Of a stretch of 45,874 nucleotides of DNA, positions 1 through 11,900 are shown piece by piece; the first letter of the stretch is position 1, and each line of letters begins with the position of its first letter. Position numbers and translations under genes: made by a program. Below the pieces are notes generated by a model that worked only from the letters and a program-made list of their open reading frames with translations, was not told the DNA's origin and did not search any database. Source of the DNA: an uncultured Candidatus Marinamargulisbacteria bacterium (lineage in GTDB: Bacteria; Margulisbacteria; Marinamargulisbacteria; CAYINU01); contig CAYINU010000004.1 of assembly GCA_964364855.1 (NCBI GenBank), positions 1 through 45,874 of the forward strand, written 5' to 3'.

Positions 1-1433
1 TCCATCCAGTAACATTGCGAATACTGATATCCCAGGCGCATCAGCCACGCCCGCGGATGATGACGGTTTTGCTTCCACCCGGGGCCTTTACCCAGGAAAA
101 TCTGCCGATTCACATCCCGCCCGATCCAGAACTTGCCGGCATAGGTGTGCCAGAACGACCACAGCGGACTTTGGGCGCAGTGCCGAACGTGAGATGGCAA
201 ATCCGCCAACCTCGGATCGCTGCCAATACTATGAGTAAAGTCTACGATGACAGAGGTATTGTAATTCTTACCCACAATAGGCTCCGTGCGGTGCCCGATA
301 CCAAAATAGGCCGTCAGCCGCAGTAACGCCCTAATGCGGGAACGGACTTGGGCCACCTGGGCATCCGGTGCCTGGGGTCCCAAGCTTTCGGCCTCATGCC
401 GGATCAATACGCTCGCACAATCCGTGAGAAATCCACGAAATGCCGGCAGGGCCACTGATCGCCCCAGGTATACCGAGGCGTGGGTCTCGTTTACCGGCTC
501 GTGGTATTTGTCCCGGTAGATGCAATAGGTCACCATATAGGCCGCCATATGCGTACTAGACAGCACGTAATTGAGCAGGTGCAAATGAAAGGGATTGATT
601 TGACGGGCCATGGTTCCCGACCCCAATTGCCAATGGTGGCGCAAATGACCGACCATCTGGCGATGGTCCCAAGAATGACCAAATAAATCGATAAACCCGC
701 TGATAACCAGCGTGACATGCCAAAAGAATTGCAAGGCAAAGTTCACCGCACGGACCGCTTTTTTGGCGGTATCCGATGCGTAGCCATCCACCGAAAAGTC
801 GGCGTCCAACAGCACCGCATCCAATCCCATTTTTTCCAAATAGCCCGCCGAGAAAACATCCCCGTGACTGGGATGACGAGTAGGTCTAGGGAGGGTGGCG
901 TCATAGCGAGCATCTGACAGAAATGCCGCATTGCACAATTCGGTATAAAAATTGTGAGCCGTCGGCACCACCAGCGGGATGGCGTCATCCGGATGGGCCA
1001 TTTTGGCTAGCGGGAGGTAGGTTCCCGTGAAGCATTCGTAGCCGGAGTTATGCAGGTAATGTGGGCGATGGTCCTGGGTAATATAGGGGGTGATATCGCC
1101 CCCCAGCACAAATTGCCGCAGCAGATGAACGTGGCTGTGCTCGCCAAACAGGTCCCTCCCGTCTGAGGCGATGCGGATCGGCTCCCCCCAAGGATGAGGG
1201 ATACCGCGCCGATGCATATCGGCCAACAGGGGCCAGAGATGGGGATCGTTTTCCCCCGTAGAATCCGGGCGGCTGCCCAACATGTCATAAAAAAAACCGT
1301 AGTGAGCAGACAGCTTTAAAATGAGGGACCTAAAGGCCTCGTACCCCTCACTGGTTTCTGCATATTCTCCTCGCCCTTGCTCAAAAATGCGAGGCAGCTG
1401 GCCGGTGCGGATAAAAGCGTGGAAAAAGTCCAA
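1..1433 (-). CDS. hypothetical protein, partial (runs off left edge), >=477 aa
   Basis: Absent from the ORF track. Manual translation gives an open frame from TTG at 1433 (MDFFHAFIRTGQLPRIFEQGRGEY...) to the window edge, starting 5 nt after the stop of 1439..1696. Alternative ATG at 1283. His/Trp/Tyr-rich; no family recognised. Confidence 0.75.
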   Translation of the reverse strand, partial: MDFFHAFIRTGQLPRIFEQGRGEYAETSEGYEAFRSLILKLSAHYGFFYDMLGSRPDSTGENDPHLWPLLADMHRRGIPHPWGEPIRIASDGRDLFGEHSHVHLLRQFVLGGDITPYITQDHRPHYLHNSGYECFTGTYLPLAKMAHPDDAIPLVVPTAHNFYTELCNAAFLSDARYDATLPRPTRHPSHGDVFSAGYLEKMGLDAVLLDADFSVDGYASDTAKKAVRAVNFALQFFWHVTLVISGFIDLFGHSWDHRQMVGHLRHHWQLGSGTMARQINPFHLHLLNYVLSSTHMAAYMVTYCIYRDKYHEPVNETHASVYLGRSVALPAFRGFLTDCASVLIRHEAESLGPQAPDAQVAQVRSRIRALLRLTAYFGIGHRTEPIVGKNYNTSVIVDFTHSIGSDPRLADLPSHVRHCAQSPLWSFWHTYAGKFWIGRDVNRQIFLGKGPGWKQNRHHPRAWLMRLGYQYSQCYWM

Positions 1434-1438
1434 GGATG

Positions 1439-1696
1439 TTACGAGCGCTTTTTTGCGCGGGCTAGCAAGTAGGATTCGTAGTCTTTCATCATGCTTCGGG
1501 TCATCTCATCCACCGTTTCGGACTGGCGGTCCAGATAGCGGCCCAGCTGGGCGATGCGTTGCCGGCCTTCGGCAATAATGCGCTCGCCTTCCGCGATCAC
1601 CTGGCGATGATGACGGGACGCCACCCAATTGCGGGCCATGATATTCATGGCCGTGATCATCAAAAATCCCCATCCGATAAACAAGAGAATTTTCAA
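1439..1696 (-). CDS. small membrane-anchored protein (N-terminal TM + amphipathic helix), 85 aa
   Basis: Hydrophobic N-terminus (ILLFIGWGFLMITAMNIMA) followed by a charged helical tail; fills the gap between co-oriented genes. Confidence 0.65.
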   Translation of the reverse strand: MKILLFIGWGFLMITAMNIMARNWVASRHHRQVIAEGERIIAEGRQRIAQLGRYLDRQSETVDEMTRSMMKDYESYLLARAKKRS

Positions 1697-1714
1697 AACG
1701 GCTGCCCCCCATGG

Positions 1715-2593
1715 CTATTCTAGCGTAACGGGACAGTCGATTTCTACTGATTCGCGTAAGGCCTGGCGAATCGCGGGGGCGATCTCCCCGCAGGCCGCAA
1801 CACGCTTGACCAGATGAAAGGGGAAATGTCGCATCATACCCAGCACATCCGCGGTCCGCTTCATCCGCACGGCCGTGGCCGCCAATCGATCAACGATTCC
1901 CAGGCACAGTTGAGGACTCGCGGCCGCCAGGCGTCCCGAATAGGCCAGCATCACTGAAATCTTGGTCAGCTGAGCCAACTGCCGGGCATTCTCCACAATG
2001 GCACCGGCTTTCACGACCTGGGAAATGGGCCCCTGCAATCGCAATACCACCCGTTCATAGTCGGTCCGGTGCCACGTGTCATAGCCAGCCACAAACCATT
2101 GCAATGTGGCCCGGTCTTTTGTTTCGCGTTGCACCTCCGTTGCCAAATACCGCGCGACCTTGTCATCGGGCAAGGGCAGGCCATTAAAGTCCGGCCATTT
2201 TTCGGCAAGCAGGGACTCGAAACCGCTGTAAATCAGCTGAGGCAGCGTATTGGCCAGCACCGCATCGACGTCGGCAATGGCATCCAGCGTGGCATGCCGC
2301 CACAAAAAGGGCATCCGGGCCAAAAACGCCGCCATCTGCTCCAACGGTGGATCCGGGAGCGTGGCCCATGCCGTCCAAATGTCGGCCCACCGAAACTCCC
2401 CGGATGAAAATGCTACGGCCCAGATGTCGGGCGGGCATTTGGACACAAACAAATGTCGCAGAATGGGGATACCCTTGACTTGGGTCCGGTACACCTCAAA
2501 CAACTCAGTAGGGTTCTCCACGGCAGCCTGGTCAAATACCGTGTAGGCCTCGTCAAGGAGCTGAGACAGAATTTCAGCCTGTTCGGCCGTCAT
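1715..2593 (-). CDS. hypothetical alpha-helical protein, 292 aa
   Basis: Long ORF whose ATG overlaps the end of the upstream gene; no motif recognised. Confidence 0.75.
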   Translation of the reverse strand: MTAEQAEILSQLLDEAYTVFDQAAVENPTELFEVYRTQVKGIPILRHLFVSKCPPDIWAVAFSSGEFRWADIWTAWATLPDPPLEQMAAFLARMPFLWRHATLDAIADVDAVLANTLPQLIYSGFESLLAEKWPDFNGLPLPDDKVARYLATEVQRETKDRATLQWFVAGYDTWHRTDYERVVLRLQGPISQVVKAGAIVENARQLAQLTKISVMLAYSGRLAAASPQLCLGIVDRLAATAVRMKRTADVLGMMRHFPFHLVKRVAACGEIAPAIRQALRESVEIDCPVTLE

Positions 2594-2876
2594 TGTTCGA
2601 GGTCGACCCTTCTTGCGGCGGCTGCTTTTGGATGTCCATCAAGTCGTCCTGGAGGCGCTTGAGGTCTCGTTCAACCTCTCGAGCCGATTGCACATATCGT
2701 TTTTGAACGTCGGCGAGGGCTTCCTCGGTAATTTTTTGATAGGCCTTAATATTTTGCGCCGTCTTCCAATCGTAATAGGCCCGCGCCCCAGACAAAAATA
2801 AAAAACACCCGGTCGGAATCAGGATAATCAATATGACAACGATGCCGAGAATAGTGAGGGCAGTCATAACTATCAT
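2574..2876 (-). CDS. small membrane-anchored coiled-coil protein, 100 aa
   Basis: Strong TM segment (LTILGIVVILIILIPTGCFLFL) then heptad-like KITEEALADVQKRYVQSAREVERDLKRLQDDL; directly downstream of the giant gene. Confidence 0.7.
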   Translation of the reverse strand: MIVMTALTILGIVVILIILIPTGCFLFLSGARAYYDWKTAQNIKAYQKITEEALADVQKRYVQSAREVERDLKRLQDDLMDIQKQPPQEGSTSNNDGRTG

Positions 2877-2912
2877 TAGTTTCGCTGATCATCGGTTAGA
2901 AGTCTATCCGAA

Positions 2913-5900
2913 TTAGGATCCCGGCACTTTTACAGAAACCGGCGAGGTGATGCGGTGAACCGTCTCATGCAGTTGTTTAAAAAAGGTTTCAAACCGCTCG
3001 ATGCGCTCGATAGCACTTAGCCCCGTCAATTTCTGTTTGTAGGTTGCAATGACCTGATCCAGCGGGCTTCGCCGTACGGCGGTGGACTGTCCATACGCCG
3101 CCATTCGAGCAGAATGACTGATTTCCTGTCTAAAGGCAGCCTGCACATCTTCTCCGACACCGGGTAGAAGCGGAGACCCGGTCATGGTGCGCAGTTCTCG
3201 CAATACCGCTTCGGCTTGGGCCGGTGTTTGGTGACGGGCATATTCGAGCAAAAAGGCGTTCAGATACGCTTCCTGCTTCTGATTGGAAGTAAGAAAAGAC
3301 AATGTGGGCCTTAATACATCGGCTACCTCTTGGGGATCCGCAATATTCACGGTCGGAATACCGTGAACCAATTCGACTGCAGCCCATTGACCCTCTACAG
3401 ACGCACTCATCCCACGGTTAATAAGGTCAGCTTTGAGAAGATTAAGTTTAGGTAAAACCACCCTTTGAAACGGCTCCTGACCCAAAATAGACTGCATGGC
3501 CAGCACGGCGCGGACAAAACGATCCGGGGCTTCCGCATCAGCGTTTGGACGGGCTAAGATACGGGCTAAGATATCGTAATAGCGCCTCACCCGGCTCTCG
3601 ATGAGCGGCTCATCGGCGGAATTACCGATCATCAGATGGGCCAAACATTTGGCGCGTTTCTCCTCATCCAAATTCAGGGTGGGGGTCCCTGGCTGTAGAC
3701 CGGGAGTATTAGGCGGTGCAGATAATAGCAATTCCGCCATGCGATCCCGTTGGGACTCCGAATAGAGCTCATGCGAGACACCCAAGAGCAGGTCGGGTTC
3801 GTCTTTGTCGGGCTTCAGAACGCTGGAGCTTAGAAATTCCAGATAGAAGGCGGGATGATGCTCGGCCAATTCATTGATGAGCTGCTCTTTGAACAGAATG
3901 GCATTTTTGGTTAGGTATTTTTGCTTTTCTTCCAGCAGCACGTAGCGAATGAGGCCGAACAGATGGTTTCGTTTATCGGTATTTTTTTTCGCCTCGTCAA
4001 TCAAACGGGTCAACAGTGGCGGAAAGCCGCCATTCATGGTTGCCCCCGCCATACTGTTTAGGGGAGTCCCCAAGTGCTTTTTTCCGGGACTAATCGGTGC
4101 CCGAAGCGCTGGCGCAAAGAAATTCCGAGACATCATCTTTGCCCAGTAATTATCGGTATCCGTGTTGAATGCCGGATGGAAGAACAAGTCGGGACAATTC
4201 TCAAAGATGTAGGAAATCGCCTTCCGTGTTTGCACCGGATCCAAGCCCGGTGTGGACTCGCGAACCCCAGCCAAAGACTGGAGAAAATGAGTCATCCACT
4301 CATTACCCAGTGGGTCAGCCTGGCTATCGGCAAGGGCAAAGTCAAACACACCTCGGATTAATTTGGCCAGCACATCCTGACCGTTAGTTAGATTTTGTGT
4401 ATTCACAAATGTCGTACGGTCATGGCCACTCAGATAATCCGCAGCGGCAGTGGATAGGGGGGTGACCGGAATCGGATGCTGTGCCTGCCCAGCTCCCAGT
4501 GCAGCCTGGTGGGCAGCCAACTCCTTTTGTTCGGTGAGCAATTGCCGCATGACGGTCAAGAGGCCATCCCGAGCCACGTCGTCTGACTTCATATACAAAA
4601 AGAGGTCTTTTAGCAACGCAGGATCGGCCACAACGGCGGTCAAAAAAGCCCCTTGCAGGCGCCGCGCATTGGCGTCCCTGCTTTGTGTCAAGGCCTGCCA
4701 TACCCGCGTCAATGCCCGCAAATCGCTGCCCATTAGACCCTCTAGCACTTGAACCTGATCATCTCCGGATTGCATCAGCAGGGGCACCAAGATCTCCTCA
4801 TCGGTCTCCCTAGCAGATACGGCCTTAGAAACGGCCAGAGTCACCTGCGACACGTCATGGGAGGCATTGCCCCGATGAACCACCTGACGCAACCCCATAT
4901 CCAACTGCTGCACGGCACGACGCGCACCTTCCTTTATCAGGGATTCGCGCAGGACGCCCAGCCCATGAACCTGCAAACGAGACGCCAGCCGTTCCAGCAG
5001 ACCCGGATATTGTCCAAAATCCATCTCGCTCACTGCCAACATTTGGCCCAGAGACGCGATCGCCAGATCATTCAGACTGCCCGCCGGCAATTCGCTGGCG
5101 GCGATAATGGCCTGCTGGACCAAGGTCTGAATACCGCTGCGATCCTGTTCCCCGCTGGATAGCAACGTCGCGTCATTCACATAGGTTTGTCTAACCAGGC
5201 TGGCAAATTTGCCGAGAAGCATCTGCACTCGGGCCTTGTCGGCCAAAGTAGCCTTGTCGCCGGACGCCTCTTTGGCTGCCTTTTGAAGCTCCGCATTGCA
5301 TTTGTCGAGTAATTTTTTGGCTACATATTGCCGGTCGGTCAGTGACAATTGGAGATAGGCCCTGCCCACAGCACCACCCAGCAGTTGGGCTTCAGCGTCC
5401 ATCTCTTCAGGCCGGTAGTACTGCAGACCGTCAGTCGTGATAAAGCGCGAAAAATCAGTGACCCAATTCGCAATCTGGGCATCCAGCCTCACTCGGTGAG
5501 CCACGTGAACGTCGTGAAACTCAAATTCGCTCAAGATGCGTTCTGTTAGCCGGTCATCCCCCAACTCCACAAACCGGTCCAGCAGTTTTTGCATGGTGTG
5601 AATTTGTTTTTGCCGGGTAGGTCCGTCAGGCGGCAGTTTGGCAAAAAGGCTACCATACCTTTCGACCACATAGTCCCGATGGAGGTCCACCTCATGCTGC
5701 AGCGCAGCAGATCCGCTCATGTCTCCTTTCCGGCTGAGGGCCATCAATACGCGATGAAATGCAACCGTCATGGGCATAAGTACAAGAGAGACCTTCCCTT
5801 CTTTTAAGAGGGACCCATGAAGATGATCAGGGTCATACATTCGGCGGCCCATATTGACCACGATTTCCTCTGCCGCGCGGGGGTCACGGGTATAAAGATC

Positions 5901-8900
5901 GGATAAGAACTTAGTGAGTTCCTCGGGAACCTCAAAAGCCGCTTTGCGCGAAATGGGCGTGGGCCGGGTCATGATGGTGGTCAGCCACCGCTCAATGAGC
6001 TCCTCGTTCAAGACCATGCTGTTGGTGGGTTTTAATGCCTTTAAATAGAGGTCCGCTGGGTTTTTGTTCCCGTTTAAGGACCGGAGATACCCATCGAAGT
6101 CCGCCCCGTTCAGTTTGTCATAGTCGATGTTTTGCAACGGTTGTCCCATAGCGGATAAAACCGAGATACACACCAGTTTTTGGCGCATTACATCCGGGAT
6201 ATCCGCCGGGTCATAAGTCCCCACGATTGCCAGCCCACTATTAGGGACTGCTGCCAGCTGAGGCAATAGGAGGTTTATGTCGGTCGGTTGTAGGATATGG
6301 TCCGAAAGCGACACGTTGTTGGGAAGGGCATCAACTGCATCTATAATCTGCTTGGCCGTCGGGGTTACGGGCTGTGCAAGCGGTGGGTGAAACACACTCA
6401 AAAACTGCCGTAACACACCCACATTGATGGCCTGCAGCTCTTCCGGGCTGCGGAAACGGGCCAGCGCGTTGATATCGGACTGGCGTTGTTGTTCATCCAC
6501 CGTGCCCGTGCGCGCCAAGGGACTCCCCTCCCTCACGGCCGCGGCCGCACGTTGGTGAAACACCTGCGCCTGAAGCGCCTGGAATGCCTGATAGGCCGTA
6601 TGCGGTACCGACGCATCCTGCTTGTGGATATGGGCGCTCTTAACGTCTCCCTGGAGCTTTAGCACATGGTCGGACAGGCTCTTGGTCAGTTCCGATAGAT
6701 CTTGAATGGGCTTGCCGAACGCCAACTGGGACAACGCCACATCCAATTGCTGGGTACCCAATTGCAAATCCAGCATCAAGGCCCGGGCGGCAACGACCTG
6801 AGCCAATACGTTGACCTGAGCCAATACCTTTTGAAGGGGATGGTTCGGACGGTCCTCGCCCTCGGTCTGAAGGTGGTTCGCCAGAAGGGATAAAAACGAC
6901 ACATTTTCCGGAGCGGCCGCCCAGCGAGACCGGCCTACCATCTCGATCACATCTTGGAAGCGGCGGGTGTCCTTTGCCATGTCGCTTAATGTCTTCCTCA
7001 ACGTGTTGCGATTCGGTTGGATCTGGAACACATCCATGTAGTCCGCGATCCGTTGCAAGTCTTGGCGCAATGCCCCCTTGCCGTGTCCAGATTGCTGCCA
7101 AGCCTCTATCAACGGCCGATACCGCTGCCAGGCACCTTCGGTACCAGCACTGGGCGCGGCATGTTCGACGATCCAATTTTGGATCTGTTGGACAGCATTG
7201 CGATAGTCCCCGGTCTGCGGGAAGGCATGGGTGTCCATGCCCAGTAAAACGCCCACCAACTGCAATTGTTGGTGCACCGTCCAATTCGTTTGCGGGTCTA
7301 CCAAGCAGGTTTGGATGGCATTCGCTGCCCAGTCCATGCGAGCATCGCCATCCTTGGGCAAACTCCAGGCCAGGCGCACCATGACGTCAGGATGGTCTAG
7401 GGCAAGGCGGGTCAAGGCCGTCCGAGCAAAATCCTCATCGATACCCCCAACGACGTTGAGAAAGTTGGACAATACCCGCGGGTCCGAGGTATTGGCGAAT
7501 GCCGTAATCATTCTCTCTCGGGCATCCGCATTCTGCAGGGCATCTTTTAGTTTACCGACTAGAAGCGCATCCTCGGGCTGTATAGCTGGAACCAGACCCG
7601 ACAGACCCAGTAGCAATTCCGGATAGTCATTTAATACCGGGTCCATTTGCGGACCGATTTGTGGATCTGCCATCAGCTGCCGCAGCAGCGGCATAAACTG
7701 ATCGTCAGTTTTCATGCGATCCAAAAGGCGGTAGATGCCTTTCCGGACACTCTCATCGGTTTTGGTAGATTCTCCCAGGAAGTCCAACACCATCGGCAAA
7801 TTGTCTAGAGGAAGTTCGGAAACAAATGGCGCAATGACCTCGGGGCGTTGCAAGGCCGCCTCGAGTAACTTATGGAACGCACCTGGATGTTCTGCTCGTT
7901 TTCCCCAAGCCCGCTTCAGCACCAGACCCACCGTCGCATCGGAGAGCTGGCTCAGCTGAGCAGCATCGGGCTGCGTGACCAGCGTGGTTAACCGGTCCAG
8001 AATGGAATTTTGATCAACAACCGCCATATCAGGGTCCGCAAAAAACCGGTCTAACACACGAGGCCGTTCGCGGAAGAGCTGTGGAACCAGCTCATCGACA
8101 AGGTTGGTATTTTGACCCACATTGACCCTTAAAAAAGCACCCAATGACCACTCGTTTGCCCGGGGAATAAGCTGTGATAATGCAGATCTGAGATCTTCTG
8201 GGTTACATGTCCGACTTACACCACCCCTATCGTTAGCGATCCAACATCCCAACATATTGAGCAATCCCGACGCTTGCTGCTGGCCGGTTTCAGAAGCGGC
8301 CAATTGTATCCATTTCTTCGCCAAAGCATCTTGCATCTCTGCCCGGATGGCATGTTGTACAACAGGAATAAGCCCGGAAAGAGGTAGCTTGGCTAAACGA
8401 TCCAAATGGTGATCAATAGCATAGGCCAATACCGCATCATTGTTTTGGATACCAGCTAAAAAGTCATCCTCGGTCGCCGTGGATACCCATTCTTGTATGG
8501 CGCCTTGGAGAACTGGAGAACCGAGGTTTATTTGTTGAAAGACCGGAAGAGAATCAACCGTTGTAAAGGCTTTCATCCGATTGGTCAAAAAGCCAGACAA
8601 TGCGGTTTTCATATCTGGACTTAAAGGAGACTGATCCAATTCCATTAGCGCACCAGAATAATAATCTCGGTTAACCGTTGCAGGTGCATTGTATAGATCG
8701 GTAATCAGAGCATTGAATGTAGCAAGTTCATTGGTATAAGGTTGTAACCCCGCTTGAACCTGAGCCAACCCTGCTCTGGAGGTATTTAACAACGCCTCCA
8801 TCTCACCCCGCAACCTCAAATCTTGCACACGGTTTAGGCGATCCTCGTGCGGCTGGAGCAGCTGCGGGACCGCCAGATTGGCTGGCGGGGATTGACGAAT

Positions 8901-11900
8901 GGCGTCGAGCAAGAATTTATAGGTTCCCGCCAACCGGCCCAGACGCAGATCCGCTGCTTCATCGGTAGTCCCCGATTTCTGTCTTTCTTCGCGGTCTTTT
9001 TCGGCTTCTTCGAAATTTTTGACAATGCTAGTCAAGGCCATGAGGGCTATCGCCGCAAACTTCTGGCCCCAACCTTCATTTCCGCGGCCTGCATGATGAA
9101 TGGCCGTGGTCAAATGCGGCGCCTGGGTAAACATGCGGTTCAAGATATCTTGAGAGAAGGGATCCCCCTTTTTTACCAACTCCACGCCAAATTCGGTGAG
9201 GGCTTTGTCCACCTCGGTGGTCAGGGACTGCAACGCCGCAGTTTGTGGGGACAGCGGCCCTAGGGCTCCCTGCGCATCATTGAGCACATTCGAAAATCCC
9301 AGAACGTGATCCAAATTGAACTGATCGGGGGTTACATTTTGCAGGTCACGGATACGGTCCGAAAACCGGGCCAGGGCCGGATCTTGCGCCAGGTTAGACA
9401 ATCCGTCCAACCCGGATTGGTAGCTGGTCCACACCCGCTCACGAACCGCATCGGTACCCAGGTTCATCAAGTCCTCTTTGGTAATACTACTTATCGCCAG
9501 ACTTTGGATGGCTGAGGGTTGGGTGTTTAGCCATGGGTCAAAAGCAGCAAAAGCCTGATTTGGAGGGAATGCTTTCGAGAGGGCCGTGCGCAAGGCCCCA
9601 GCACCGGTCGGGGTTGCAGCCATCATTTCCTCTATCATCCGGTCGACAAAGTCCTGGGGTTGCAGTTGCTGACTGAGATTTTGCAGAATGTGATCCATTT
9701 GGGCCGGATTATGTTGATTTAAAATTTGGGCAATCGGGCCGAGAGCGCCACGAAGTTCGACAGAAGGTGGCTGTTCTGCAGACAGCTGAACACAGAAATT
9801 ACCAAAATTGTGAAGTGCTTGCCCTCCTACCGCAAGAGGCCTGGGGTCACCAAGCTCTCCCAGACGCTGGACCAGTTCACGAAGCGAGCCCGCATGTGTT
9901 TGTGGATCCGCAAGCCAACCCATAGCGGTTTGCGCAGCCATTCGCCGGTCCTGTAGGTCGGCAGGATCAAAAATATCGTCCAATACCCTGGCACCCGGCG
10001 ATAACCCAAGGTCATGCAAAGGCAGAACCTGCGGCCGCTGTGCCAAGGTACCCGTGGCATTAAACGCCGCTGTGTAAGGCGTGACCAATTTGGCAGGCAA
10101 GTGGCTCACCAATGCGCCCGTGGGATCGGCCAAGGGACCCAGCACCCGGGGCATAAATTGCCGCGAGGCCACCTCTGCCAGCAGACGGGGATCATGGTGT
10201 TGGATCGCATCCAAACCCGTTCGCAGTTCATTCAATTGATGGGCATCAAAGCGCGTTTCCATATCCCCTAACACCTGAGTCAGGACCGAGACCCGGGTCG
10301 TCGGTGGCAGACTGTCCAATACAGCCGTGGTTAACTCGCCATGGCCGGACTCTATCAACTGCCGGACCACCCGAACCTGACTGTTAGTCTGCAAAGACCC
10401 CATCATATGCCGGGCCACAGGGCTGCTGTTAAGGTGATCCGCCAAGCGTAAAACATCCGCTGCCGTCGGATATGCCCCCGTGACCAAGTCGTTTACAACT
10501 TTGGCATCTTTTACCGTGTTATATAGCAATTTCTCTAATTTACCCAAACCTCCCAATTGTTCGGGTGAAGCGCCATTTAGGGCACCAGTCGCAATGGCTC
10601 TTACTCTGTCGGGCTTAATATTCCCTGCGGCCGCAAGCGCTTGTACGCTGGGTAGCGCGAGAATATTGTCCACATCAAACTGGTTTGCAGCCAATGCCCT
10701 TCCAATCCCATCCCGAATCCCGAAAATCGAATTTGGGCCAGTGGCCGCGTCGAATGCCGCCTCGGCGTCTGGCTGACTGTCCAATAGTGTTTTGGAGCGT
10801 TTCATTAGATCCTCAGGTCTATCGAGGAGAGTATCAAACATCATCCGCCGCATGACGGACTGAGGTCCGGTTCTCACGCTGATGGCCTGGGTAACGAATC
10901 TGGCCGTCTGGAAATCGCGGACAATGTCGGTTACCGCCCCCCGTACCCACCCCGCGGAGCGGGCATCTAGCTTACTGGTGGCCGCCGTAATGGCCGCTTG
11001 TAGCTGGGGCATGGTGGATGCCGCCATGATCTGCTTTGCACTTTCCGCGGCACCGGTGGGGTCCCCCAACTGGGTCAGCATCTTCGCCAGCGCAGTTTGG
11101 ATGCGTTCTCCCTGCTCTTTAATCACTACCTTGGATCCCGTTACTGAATGAGCCCGATAGGCCCTGAGCTGCTCTTCGGTCATCCCGGCTCCAAACTGTC
11201 CCACTTTTTGTTGGAGTCTCCCCAGCGCCCCTTCAGCCTCAGTCAGCAGATGTTGTCCGGCCAGCCGAGCCTTCTGATTCCAATTCATCAATCGCATGTC
11301 CCGACCTGCACGCCCAAACTGGCCTACAGCACCGGGGGTGGCGGTGGAGGGATCCGAGACGATCGTTGCAAGGGGATTGAAAGCTCCCTCCCGGGGGAGC
11401 GGCTGCGCACCTTCATCGATGCGCTTGAGACAGTTTGCCAGACTGGCACTGCGTTCCCCCTCGTTGGCAAATCGCATCCCAGTCTGCAGCTCGGTCATCC
11501 GGCGTCGGAAGGTCGGATTTTGGGTCAGATCAATTCCGTTCTTGGATAAAAATGCCACCATATCCTTTAAATGCTTTTCAGGGACTTTAGCCCCGGCATA
11601 GACCATCATACTGATGTCATCGGCCAAGGCAGACCCCAACACGTGGTCTTTGGCCATAGTTGAAAGGCTATCGTAGGACAGGACTTTGTCGCCCTTCATG
11701 GCCTCCCTCGCCCGTTTGGCAACGTCGGAAAAATCCGTTCCGGTCGTCTTGCCCAGCGCGGAGAAATACCGATCGATTTCATCGGGGTTTTGGATCAGCG
11801 TGTCTATGTCAATGCCCAGTTTCTGGTTGGCTGCATCCATTTTGTCCGTCAAGCGTTTTGCGTTTTTCCCATAAAACGAATAGGTGCTTTTGTACAAGGT

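Noticed and set aside
1289-1296. A8 tract (and the G run near 12317) as phase-variation sites
   Set aside because: The reading frames are intact across them and there is no evidence of slippage.
3549-3572. Short in-frame duplications in the giant (ILAR-ILAR here; VLAQVN-VLAQV near 6795-6830)
   Set aside because: Two-copy micro-duplications that preserve the frame; not an array or CRISPR.
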